Assembly: GCF_006345805.1 (NCBI RefSeq)
Contig: NC_043006.1
Coordinates: 84,382,001 to 84,446,000, forward strand
DNA length: 64,000 nt
Reading direction: 5' to 3'
DNA from: Octopus sinensis
Taxonomy: Eukaryota
Part shown: positions 53,901 through 64,000 of the stretch, piece by piece
Layout: each line of letters begins with the position of its first letter
Numbering within the stretch: the first letter of the stretch is position 1
Notes under the pieces: model-generated
The model's input: the letters and a program-made list of their open reading frames with translations, nothing else
What the model was told of the DNA's origin: nothing
The model's database searches: none
Made by a program: the position numbers and the translations under genes

Positions 53901-54042
53901 GCATATGAAATCTGTTGTGAGTTCACAAAGAAGTTGTCTGACAATTCAATATTCGGAAGCTTCTGTGAAGCTAAAAGTCATAAATTATGCACCTGATATT
54001 GAGAAATTAAGCAAAAAATGTACAGGGACAAGGTTCCATTAA
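50936..54042 (+). pseudogene. hAT transposase (GTF2IRD2/SPIN-like) pseudogene, interrupted at ~52196-53446
   Basis: RSFQDSW...YGF..VC..C....RHYQTRH N-terminal zinc finger; ITTDD.RAMFG; CIIHQE-like region; KLMFLTDI..HLN.LN; FGSAYTCEQIFSHMK dimerisation motif; many stops. Confidence 0.85.
52197..53446 (+). mobile_element. Retroelement-like insert with ORF1/Gag-like remnant and no RT
   Basis: TTVEGRSPVYCKCGEKGYMKAWC resembles a decayed CCHC knuckle, followed by charged linker sequence; hAT homology resumes at SNTYKYFQNVK. Confidence 0.65.
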
Positions 54043-54793
54043 TTTATACAAATTTAATGTAATTGCTGTTTATAACTTCTTTATAATTTTGTTCTGTTGT
54101 TTATAATCTGAAATTTTTTAAAAGTTAATTTTTTAAATAAAATTATATTTGTTTCCATGCAATTTGAATTATTAGAGGATTAATAAAATAGATTTCTGTT
54201 ACCGCGAGTTTCAACAGCATAAACTCTAATAATAATAGCAGTAATATGAGGTTGGCACGCGCAATGATTTTGATAGATTTTGATAGATTTGGCATTCCAT
54301 TATAAAAAGGTTGCCGACTTGACCAACCTATTTATAGAGGCATATAGCACCATATTATCCCGTGTGTCTTTTCTTTTCACAAAGCTGTAAGGTACGATTT
54401 AGTTGTTATTTTTAACGCAGAGTGTAACCACGAAGAGTGTCGCTCGTTGTTTCACGGTTCTTTTTGATTTTGCTTTTGTTCTTTATGTTTCTTTCCTGTT
54501 GTTGTTGCTATTACCGCTGCTGTTGATTGCGATTGTTGCTAGCATAAGCTGAACGACATGTAACACGGTCGCTTCGCAACTTGTTTGCAACGAAACGAGA
54601 TATTTCTGTCGATCCATATTACTATGTTAGACTCGTGACCTGACACTCAAGCAGTACAGTAATACATACATATATACATACATACATACATACATACATA
54701 CATACATGCATACACGTATGAAACTTATGCAGGTTTATATGTGTACATGTTTGTATGCATGCATGTATATATATGTATGTACGTAGGTGTGTA

Positions 54794-55330
54794 CGAGGTC
54801 TGATCAATAAATATACGGACTGTTGCCATAGAAACAAAGCTAAAGCACACAGAGTGAAGCCGCTTAGCAAAGAATAACCGTGAACTCTGTTGTGCATGCA
54901 CACTACGTTTTGACGTTCTACCTCACTGCCACTGTTTACAGCAGTGCTTGGAAGGAAGGTGTGTAGCGTGTTATCGTTGCATTGACCATGACAGAGAAAG
55001 CTGTCGTGGCAATACCTGCTTAGAGGGCTAAACAAAGTTGCAGAAAGTGTATGGAGAGGCGTGTATGAGCTGCACACAAATGTACGAGTGGTTTAGACAT
55101 TTCCACGATAACCGAAAAAGTGTCGATTTTGGCGAACGTTCTGAGAGACCCGCAACCACCAGAACTGAGAAAAACATCGCAGATGTGCGTGCAGCTGTGA
55201 GGGTAAATCATCGAACCACTATAACTGAGATATCAGAGGATGTACAGATTAGTCACGGTTCAGTTCAGTCCATTATCACCGAAGATTTGGATATGGGACG
55301 CGTGTCCGATAAGTTTCTGCGAAAACTGTC
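54794..55330 (+). mobile_element. Mariner transposon 5' fragment (TIR + N-terminal HTH)
   Basis: TA|CGAGGTCTGATCAATAAATATACGGACT TIR-like end; QKVYGEACMS.TQ.YEWF..F...RKSV..GERS.RPAT...RTTITEIS....IS.GSVQSIITEDL.M.RV. Confidence 0.85.
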
Positions 55331-55624
55331 ACGAACGATGAAAACTTTTTGGAAAGTTTGCGTAGGCCTCTGAGCAGTGGGGATGACTCTCTCAAATAAC
55401 CGGGTGTTTAACCACCCAAAAGTCATGAACAGGCGAAAAAGCAAATGGTTTTTACACTATCTTGATATATACTCATGGACAGGCAATTCAGTTCACCTTC
55501 AATTTGGTTCAGATATGTGATGTTGTTAAGCCACAAAAATGGCAAAATATCGACGTCCATCGTTCCTATATGGGATTTGGAGTGAGTTGTGTCGCAGGAC
55601 ATATACAGTGTATATGTATATGTA

Positions 55625-55689
<65 letters not shown>

Positions 55690-55745
55690 GGTGTGTGTGT
55701 GTATATATATATATGTATATATATATATTTATATATATAGAGATA

Positions 55746-55814
<69 letters not shown>

Positions 55815-55842
55815 ATATATATTATATATTTATATTTTATAT

Positions 55843-55915
<73 letters not shown>

Positions 55916-55984
55916 ATACATACATACATATATATATATATATATTTTATATATGATTCGCCATGATAGATCGCTAGCCACTAC

Positions 55985-56150
55985 ACATTCTTTATTTTCT
56001 CTCCTTGTTTCTTTCTGTGTTCCTTTCTGTGGAAGAGCGTAGGCTCGAAACGTTAAAGACATTTTTCAGTTCCCGAGCGTTATAATAATACATGCTTGTT
56101 GCCTACACCACCTGCTGTCTTCATTTTCTGTTTTTTTGTGTGAATTCACC
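55985..56150 (+). mobile_element. CUGU-core hammerhead-like repeat (fold at 56023-56058)
   Basis: CTTT CTGTGGA A GAGC GTAG GCTC GAAA CGTT AAAG. Confidence 0.7.
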
Positions 56151-56161
56151 TTCTCTCTCTC

Positions 56162-56210
<49 letters not shown>

Positions 56211-56215
<5 letters not shown>

Positions 56216-56791
56216 ATAACAATATAATAAATAAATAAAATATATGCATATATACGTACATATTTGTACATACATACATCTACATGTATATATACAAGCA
56301 TATATATATATATATGAGTACAGGACACCACAAATAAACGTAGAACGCAACGAGAAACGAAAACATAAAATCAAACAAGGAAACGGACTTTTTTTAGCAA
56401 CGAAAAAACAGAGTACAGGACAAACAATACAAGGGAAATTCCCCTTCATCAGCTGCCTCTGGTTCGACTCAATGCGTGTTTCGAAGGTAAGGGCAGAACA
56501 CGGCCAACCCGAAGTAATCCTTCCTGCAAAAGGAATTAAATAAAATTCTTTTGCAGAGGGGTAAAACAAGTGACTTCCTTTTGCAGGAAGTATTGCTTCG
56601 GCCTGGCCGTGTTCTGCCCTTACCTTCGAAACACGCATTGAGTCGAACCAGGGGCAGCTGATGAAGGGGAATTTTCCTTGTATTGTTTGTCCTGTACTCT
56701 GTTTTTTCGTTGTTAAAAAAAGTCCGTTTCCTTGTTTGATGTTATGCTTTCGTTTCTCGTTGCGTTCTACGTTTATTTGTGGTGTCCTGCA

Positions 56792-56833
<42 letters not shown>

Positions 56834-56940
56834 TATATATTATATATATATATATGCTTGTATATATACATGTAGATGTAAGTATGTACATATATGTAAG
56901 TAGATATGCATATATTTTATTTATTATATTGTTATTATAT
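56211..56940. mobile_element. ~730-bp fold-back element built from GTACAGGAC-family arms
   Basis: 56211-56535 is the imperfect reverse complement of 56575-56940. Confidence 0.85.
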
Positions 56941-57075
56941 GACCGAACGCACGCTTCGTTTCTCTTCTCCAAGTAAATTTATATATATATATATAATATA
57001 TATATAATATATATATATATATAGGGAGAGACAGAGAGAGACAGCGAGAGAGAAAGAGAGAGAGAGAGAGACAGC

Positions 57076-57110
<35 letters not shown>

Positions 57111-57185
57111 TAAAATGAATGGTTCATACCTGGTAGCTTACTGGTAAAGCACGATCACTTTCACAGTGTTCAGTGTGTATATGAT

Positions 57186-57429
57186 AAATGAAAGATAGAA
57201 GATGGAATATACGAAAATTTATTATTAATCACGACAATTATTTCGACACATCTAACATCAATCCCTCACGGGTGGGAGACTTAACAACTGGTTCAGGAGC
57301 ATCTGACGGTGCAGATGTGTCTCATTGGGTAATAAATAGAAACAACCGGTGGGGGATCGATGCTAGATATGTCGAAATAATTGTCGTGATTAATAAATTC
57401 TCGTATATTCGATCTTCTGTTTATCATTT
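57186..57429. mobile_element. Small fold-back/MITE with ~80-bp arms
   Basis: ATTAATCACGACAATTATTTCGACA.ATCTA.CATC.ATCCC versus GGGATCGATGCTAGATATGTCGAAATAATTGTCGTGATTAAT. Confidence 0.75.
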
Positions 57430-57443
57430 ACCACACACACACA

Positions 57444-57483
<40 letters not shown>

Positions 57484-57745
57484 TTTCCATTGCGCATCAT
57501 CTTGTGCAAGTATCTTCTACTATAACCACAACCCGACTAATGCATTGTGGGTGATTTTGGTTGACGGAAACTGTCTGGTATCCCGTTTATGCGTTTGTGT
57601 GTTTGTGTGTGTGGTCATAGATAGATAGAGAAATAGATAGACAGAGAGACAGGTTGACAGACATATAGATAGACATATAGACAGATTGAGAGTTAGATAA
57701 ATAGACAGATCGATAGATACATAGATATAGATAGATAGACATACA

Positions 57746-58159
57746 TACTCTTTTACTCTTTTACTTGTTTCAGTCATTTTGACTGCAGCCATGCTGGAGC
57801 ACCGCCTTTAGTCGAGCAAATCGACCCCGGGACTTATTCTTTGTAAGCCCAGTGCTTATTCTATCGGTCTCTTTTTGCCGAACCGCTAAGTGACGGGGAC
57901 GTAAACACACCAGCATCGGTTGTCAAGCAATGCTAGGGGGACAAACACAGACACACAAACACACACACACACATATGTATCTATATATACATATATACGA
58001 CAGGCTTCTTTCAGTTTCCGTCTACCAAATCCACTCACAAGGCATTGGTCGGCCCGGGGCTATAGCAGAAGACACTTGCCCAAGATGCCACGCAGTGGAG
58101 CTGAACCCGGAACCATGTGGTTGGTTAGCAAGCTACTTACCACACAGCACTCGTGCGCC
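57746..58159 (-). mobile_element. SINE family A, full length
   Basis: Same structure as 3043-3454. Confidence 0.9.
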
Positions 58160-58172
58160 TATTCATATATTC

Positions 58173-58291
<119 letters not shown>

Positions 58292-58722
58292 ATATATATA
58301 TACATACATATTGATGATAGAAGATATTTAGACATATAGAATGATAGATAGATTGGCAGACAGACAGGAAAACAGAAGGGCAAGAGAAGAAAGTTTATCT
58401 CTTTGCTTTCTTTTTTAAGCCACCAAAATAAAGAGAAAAAGCGTCACCTTATATATAGAAGAGGTATTTAGAAGTTATGCTCTGTGGTTCCTTTACAGAC
58501 GTTGAAAGGATGGCTTCTCGTATTTCTCGACAGCAAAGCACGAACGTCTACCATCTTTAAAGTACATCGCAACAGGCATAGAATTGCGTTTCGAAAACTT
58601 TACCGTCCTCTCACCTTATCTCGCTTTCGCTTTCTCCATCTACCTCTGTCTATCAGCCTACTGCTTCCACTCGGTTTCTCCCCCTCTCTCTCTTTCTCTC
58701 ACTCTCTGCGCTCTCTCTGTGA

Positions 58723-58804
<82 letters not shown>

Positions 58805-58919
58805 GTCTCTCCCTCCATATCTATCTACCTACGTATCTATCTGTCTGTCTGCCTCGCTATCCATCCTTATTTTTTTACATACACACACATATGTATGTAT
58901 GTGTTTGTATGTGCGTGTG

Positions 58920-58965
<46 letters not shown>

Positions 58966-59002
58966 TGTGTGTGTGTGTGTGTGTGTACGTGTATATATAT
59001 AT

Positions 59003-59292
59003 AGCTTGGGTTTCAGGGGACCACAGCTCTTCAATATCCTTCCTAAATGCCTGAGAGACCTGCATGGTGTGGATGTGGGTTTCTTTAAAACTAAACTCGA
59101 TCTCTTTTTGTCAGGGGTTCCAGATGAACCTACCTCTCTGCAGGAAACACAGATATGGGCAGCGTCGTCGAACTCCCTTGTTGACCACGTGCCACGTATC
59201 AGAGCGGGTTTCACATACTACTGTAGCACAATCAACGGTGGTGCCCCAGCATGACCGCAGCTTTCGGGCCGAAACAATTTTAAGGATTTAAG
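59003..59292 (+). mobile_element. CR1/L2-type LINE 3' end (RT C-terminus + tail)
   Basis: SLGFRGPQLFNILPKCLRDL....FFKTKLDLFLSGVPDEP; tail GGTGGTGCCCCAGCATGACCGCAG..GAAACAA(TTTAAGGA)2. Confidence 0.8.
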
Positions 59293-59721
59293 GACATATA
59301 CATTTTTCTTCTACTATTTTCTTTTCTTCTAATTATTCTATTCTACTATTTTCTTCTATTATTCTGTTTCCTTGAAAAATTCCCCTAGGCGTTACTCCTT
59401 ACAATTCGTAGTGGCCTAACGGCCCTTTATGCTTGCTTTCGTCGATTGTTTACTCTGTACGTCCACTCTGTCGTTGTTTGTTCGTTCGAAGCTCTAACTC
59501 TCCATGGATTTCATATATTTAAAATTTCTGGATGCTGCTATCTTATGAAATTCCCTATATTGTCATTAAAAGCACGAAATAGAGAGTAATAAACAGTCCG
59601 ACAACTGATGAGGCGTTATCTTCTTTTTGTCCTGTACCTTTCCCTTGTGTGTTTACGTATTTTTCACTCGTTGGTGATGTCCTGTACACAATGTGTATTT
59701 TTCATTTATATATATATATAT

Positions 59722-59899
59722 ATCACGTGATCACGTGACCGACCAGTCCATCAGATGTAGTTACACATCGCTGGTCACAACGCGTTCGCACTGTTTTAGC
59801 CTTCGAATGACGCCACCCCGCTGGCTAAGCGAGCAGGCCAACAGAAGAAAGAGTGGGAGAAAGAGTGGTGAAAGAGTACAGCAGGGATCGTCACCACCC
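59722..59899 (-). mobile_element. SINE family C body with tail type 2
   Basis: Reverse complement of 5640-5805, ending GGTCACGTGATCACGTGAT. Confidence 0.75.
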
Positions 59900-60317
59900 A
59901 TATATATATATATATATATAAATACATTTTTCTATCGTATAGGGTTAACAACCCTCACCGTATATTTTTACTGTTTTGTTCTCATTGTCCTGTTCTTGTT
60001 ACCACTTTCACCCAAATTTATTTAATTTGCTTTGCGGGAACGATTGTGTCTAAGAAGTCGTGTATTGTCCTTGCCTTCGTAACGCAGAGTAGATGAAACA
60101 GGGACAACTGAAGAATGGTAACATTCTTTATGTTGTATGTCTCATTTCTCTGTTTTATTTCGTTGTTCCAAAAACAGTTCGTTTTCTATGTTTTTGTTTT
60201 TATGTTTTCGTTTCTCGTTGTGTTCAACGTTGTTTTGATGTCCTGTACCCATATATGCATGTATATATACAAATATATGTAGGTATGTACATATATGTAA
60301 GAATATATGCATATATT

Positions 60318-60360
<43 letters not shown>

Positions 60361-61475
60361 CACACACATTTATGTGAATGATGTGTGAGAATGTATGTAT
60401 GTTTGCACGTATGTATAAGCTACCGCGTTTGTATATGTAAACATATATCATCCTCTTTATCGTCATTGAACGTCCGTGTGTCATGTCGGCATGGATTGGC
60501 TGCTTTAACAGGATCCGATGAGTCCAAGGACTGCATTATGCATGTTTCGGCATCTACTTAAACATGGTTTCTATGTCTAGAAACTCTTCTTAACGCCAAT
60601 CTACTTTACACACGTACTGGTTGCAGTTTTTGTGTCACCAGAACCACTGAGGTTACCTAAACAGGCCATTCTCTCTTTCTTATAGTGTAACATTTATTCT
60701 TTCAAATTTCTTTTCTTCGTTTTCCATTATTCTCCTTTTTATAACTTCAATTGTCTCTTTATTCTTTCCTCGTCGCCTTTCGCTCTCTTTTTACTCTTTC
60801 TCAAAATTTTCCCCATCTCCATTCTTTCCAATATTCCTCCATTTTTCATTATTCATTCAGCCTGTTTATTTTTCATCACCTTCGAACTCTAAATCTCTCA
60901 TTCAATTTCTATCCATTTTCGTTTTTTCTTCTCCTTCTCTCCTTCTCTTCCTTTTCTTTCTCTTACACTTTCTCCCTCTTCTTTTTCTATACTTTCTTTG
61001 GTCTTCATCTCTCCCTCTCTTTCTTTCTCTTTATATTTCCTTCATTCATCTTTCTTTATCCCTTATTGTCATCCGTCTTTTCACCCTTCTTACATTGTTT
61101 TCTTTTCCTCCCACTCCTTTTTATTTCTGTCTTTCTCGTTTCCATTCTTTCTATCTTCCTTTGCTTCTTCATTGAATTCGCTTTTTCGGTGTGTTTTTTC
61201 TGCCTGCCAGTCTCGAATTCTAAGACTCCCATCCAGTTTCCTATTCTATCTTCTTTCCTCCGTGCGTCCTAGTTTTATTTTATCATCTTTTCCCCATTTT
61301 TTCCCCCATTTTTATTTTTATCTTTATCGTCTGCTTTATTCAATGTTATATGCCAAACTTACACTTGCTATAAATAGCAGCCGATACTGAGGTCAGTATA
61401 TTCTGATGTAAAATAACATACATTTGTTATGTTTACTTAGGTGTCGTTACCTTCCCTTCCTTAAACGCGGATGTC

Positions 61476-61509
<34 letters not shown>

Positions 61510-61583
61510 TGTATGTATGTATGTATGTATGTATGCATGTATGTATGTATGTGTGGGTATACACATACGTATGTATACTTTTG

Positions 61584-61616
<33 letters not shown>

Positions 61617-61788
61617 TGTGTGTATGTATGCACACGACTGTACATACATGTATGCAAATACAGGGCCGTATGACTGAATATTTGTCTGAAACACACGCAC
61701 ATGCGCACACGCGCACGCACACACACATTTGTATGTATAAATATATATACATATCATTTACAATGTGAACGTATGTGTATATATATAC

Positions 61789-61832
<44 letters not shown>

Positions 61833-61889
61833 GCGTGATGTGGTGTAGTTGTGTGTGTGTATTTCTGTGTGTATGTGTGTATGTATGTG

Positions 61890-61925
<36 letters not shown>

Positions 61926-62129
61926 TGTGTGTGTGAATGTAATCCTTTTGATGCTGTGAGGCCGTGACTTGGGAAACTGTTTCCTCTTCAGAAACCATTT
62001 TGGTTTGTAATTCTAGAGTTTAATGCTATAATATTTTACACTCGTTGATAATTTGTTTATAAACAAAAATAAAAAAAAAAGAAAATAAGTGGGGTGTGTG
62101 GAGGTGGGACACTTTAGTGAAATGACAGA

Positions 62130-62311
62130 AAGGCTAGTATGGTTGTGTAGTTAAGAAACTCGCTTTGCATCCACGTGGTTTCAGGTTCAATCCCACTGTG
62201 CGTCACACTGGGCAAGTGTTCCTTTACTGTAGTCCCGAACAGACCAATGCCTTGTGAGTGACTTTGGTTGACGGAAACTGCGTGGAAGTCCATCGCGAGC
62301 GCGCGCGTGTG

Positions 62312-62361
<50 letters not shown>

Positions 62362-62691
62362 TGTGTGTATTCTTTTATTTGTTTCAGTCATTTGACTGCG
62401 GCCATGCTGGAGCCCCGCCTTTAGTCGAGCAAATCGATACCAGAACTTACTCTTTGTATGCCTAGTACTATCGATATCTTTTGCAGAACCGCAAAGTTAC
62501 GGAGACGTAAACACACCAGCATCGGTTGTCAAGCGATGATGAGGGGACAAACACAGATACACAAACATATGCATACAAATATATATATATAAATATAGTA
62601 GAAGACATTCGTCCAAGGTTCCACGCAGTGGGACTGAACCCGGAACCATGTGGTTGGTAAGCAAGCTACTTACCACACAGCCACACCTGCA

Positions 62692-62693
<2 letters not shown>
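62130..62693. mobile_element. Two SINE family A copies tail-to-tail (plus 62130-62295, minus 62369-62693)
   Basis: Diverged plus head with GGTTCAATCCCACT and CTGGGCAAGT; the minus copy lacks the central body. Confidence 0.75.
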
Positions 62694-62765
<72 letters not shown>

Positions 62766-62984
62766 TGAAACATTCCAGTGAAATCTGTAAAGGTAGAGTC
62801 AGTAGATCCAGTGGTAATCAGAGTGGAGTACTGGATGAGAAGAGGTGCTGAAAGCTCGGGAAGCGGTTAAGATAAGCAAGTCCAAAGAGTAGGAGATTCA
62901 GTCGGGATCAAACTGGAATAACCAGGTGGGCGTCTAATATATAGTTGAAATTTATAGAAAAACAAAAATGAAGATTGGTGTTCG

Positions 62985-63335
62985 AACAACAAGCAAGTGT
63001 ATTAGTTTGACGCTCGGGAAAAATGAAAATATCTCTTATGCTTCAAGCCTACGGTCTTGAACAGAAAGGAATAAGAGGAAATAAACAGCGAGAGAATGGC
63101 CTGCTCGCTCAAGACGTTTTTTTTTTTCATTCTCACTCTGTTTATTCTCTCTTATTCCTCGCTTAACTGAACACGTTTTTTTCATTCTCTCTCTATTTCC
63201 TCTTATTCCTTTCCGTTGAAGAGCGTAGGCTCGAAACGTAAAAGACACTTTCATTTTTCCCGAGCGTCACATTAATACACTTGTTTCTTGTTCATACACC
63301 TGTTTTCGTCTTTTGTTTTTTCTGTAAATTTCAGC
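62985..63335. mobile_element. Inverted pair of the CUGU hammerhead-like repeat (fold at 63209-63244)
   Basis: 62985-63100 is a degenerate reverse complement of 63180-63295; plus strand has CTTT CCGTTGA A GAGC GTAG GCTC GAAA CGTA AAAG. Confidence 0.7.
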
Positions 63336-63362
63336 TATATATATATATACGTACAAAATTAA

Positions 63363-63659
63363 GAGGAATGATCACTAAAGTGGACACCTTATATGCTAAA
63401 CATAGACGTCAAATCGCCATTACCACGAAGAATGCGTTCTCACGAAAAAAATCTCAGCAAAACGCCAAAATGTAAAAATGAGTAAGACAAATGAAAACAT
63501 ACGAAATAAAAACGAGCGTTTTTGTTTTCATTTGTCTTACTCATTTTTACATTTTGGCGTTTTGCTGAGATTTTTTTCGTGAGAACGCATTCTTCGTGGT
63601 AATGGCGATTTGACGTCTATGTTTAGCATATAAGGTGTCCACTTTAGTGGTCATTCCTC
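63363..63659. mobile_element. Near-perfect palindromic MITE with TTAA flanks (Kolobok-like termini)
   Basis: TTAA|GAGGAATGATCACTAAAGTGG ... CCACTTTAGTGGTCATTCCTC|TTAA; ~137-bp arms. Confidence 0.8.
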
Positions 63660-64000
63660 TTAATTATTTTATAAGGACTTACTTCCTTCCTTCCTTCCTT
63701 CCTTCCTTCCTTCATTCATTCATTCATTCATTCCCTCTTTCCTTCCTTCCTTCCTTCTTCATTCACTTACTTCCCACCACTCTCGAGTGGAAAATCATGG
63801 GCCCCGCATTCTCCCTTCTGACTAAAAAGATTTTTCATAAGTACTTTCCTATTATCGATAGTCACTTTTTTCTATTTACTTCAAGATTAGTCGACTTACA
63901 CACTTTCGGAAGATCGATAAAATAAGTACCAGTTGAACACTGGGGCCAAGGTAATCGACTTAACTACTCCTTGGCATGAGTATAAAAGACTGCATCTCTC

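Larger units (their letters stand above)
49163..54321 (+). mobile_element. Decayed hAT (SPIN/Charlie/Buster-like) DNA transposon
   Basis: Left end CAGGCTTCGGTAACTTATGGTACGCGTGCCA; right end AGGTTGCCGACTTG with subterminal TGGCACGC; internal transposase remnant. TSD not recovered. Confidence 0.75.

Noticed and set aside
53386-54042. 218-aa ORF as an intact gene
   Set aside because: Chimera of the inserted element's tail and the hAT transposase C-terminus.
56211-56940. Fold-backs as sequencing or assembly chimeras
   Set aside because: Arms carry multiple substitutions and indels relative to each other, unlike read fold-back artefacts; long-read confirmation is still advisable.
60751-61390. 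173-aa and 130-aa F/L/S-rich ORFs as membrane proteins
   Set aside because: Artefact of a pyrimidine-rich low-complexity tract.

Overview
Eukaryotic, very AT-rich, repeat-dominated non-coding DNA. The SINE families and (TA)n/(CA)n/(CATA)n load point to an Octopus-type cephalopod genome; this is an inference and no database was searched. No intact host gene is supported, and nearly all ORF-track entries are microsatellite translations. Recognisable protein-coding remnants are all from transposons: two mariner fragments, an R4/Dong-type and a Hero-type RLE non-LTR fragment, CR1/L2-type 3' ends, a Penelope-like element (RT YVDD + GIY-YIG) between ~490-bp inverted pLTRs, and a decayed hAT (SPIN/GTF2IRD2-like) element interrupted by an ORF1-only retroelement. 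There are several tRNA-derived SINE families, a non-autonomous Helitron, TTAA-flanked MITEs and many fold-back elements. The main hidden signal is RNA-structural: about a dozen minimal type-I hammerhead-ribozyme folds in five or six repeat families. They include a tRNA-headed SINE carrying a hammerhead and showing Penelope-style inverted 5' duplications, and families with apparently fixed non-canonical cores. SINE multimers with a fixed junction also occur, one bracketed by an 18-bp direct repeat. Element boundaries were read by eye and may be off by roughly 10-20 bp.
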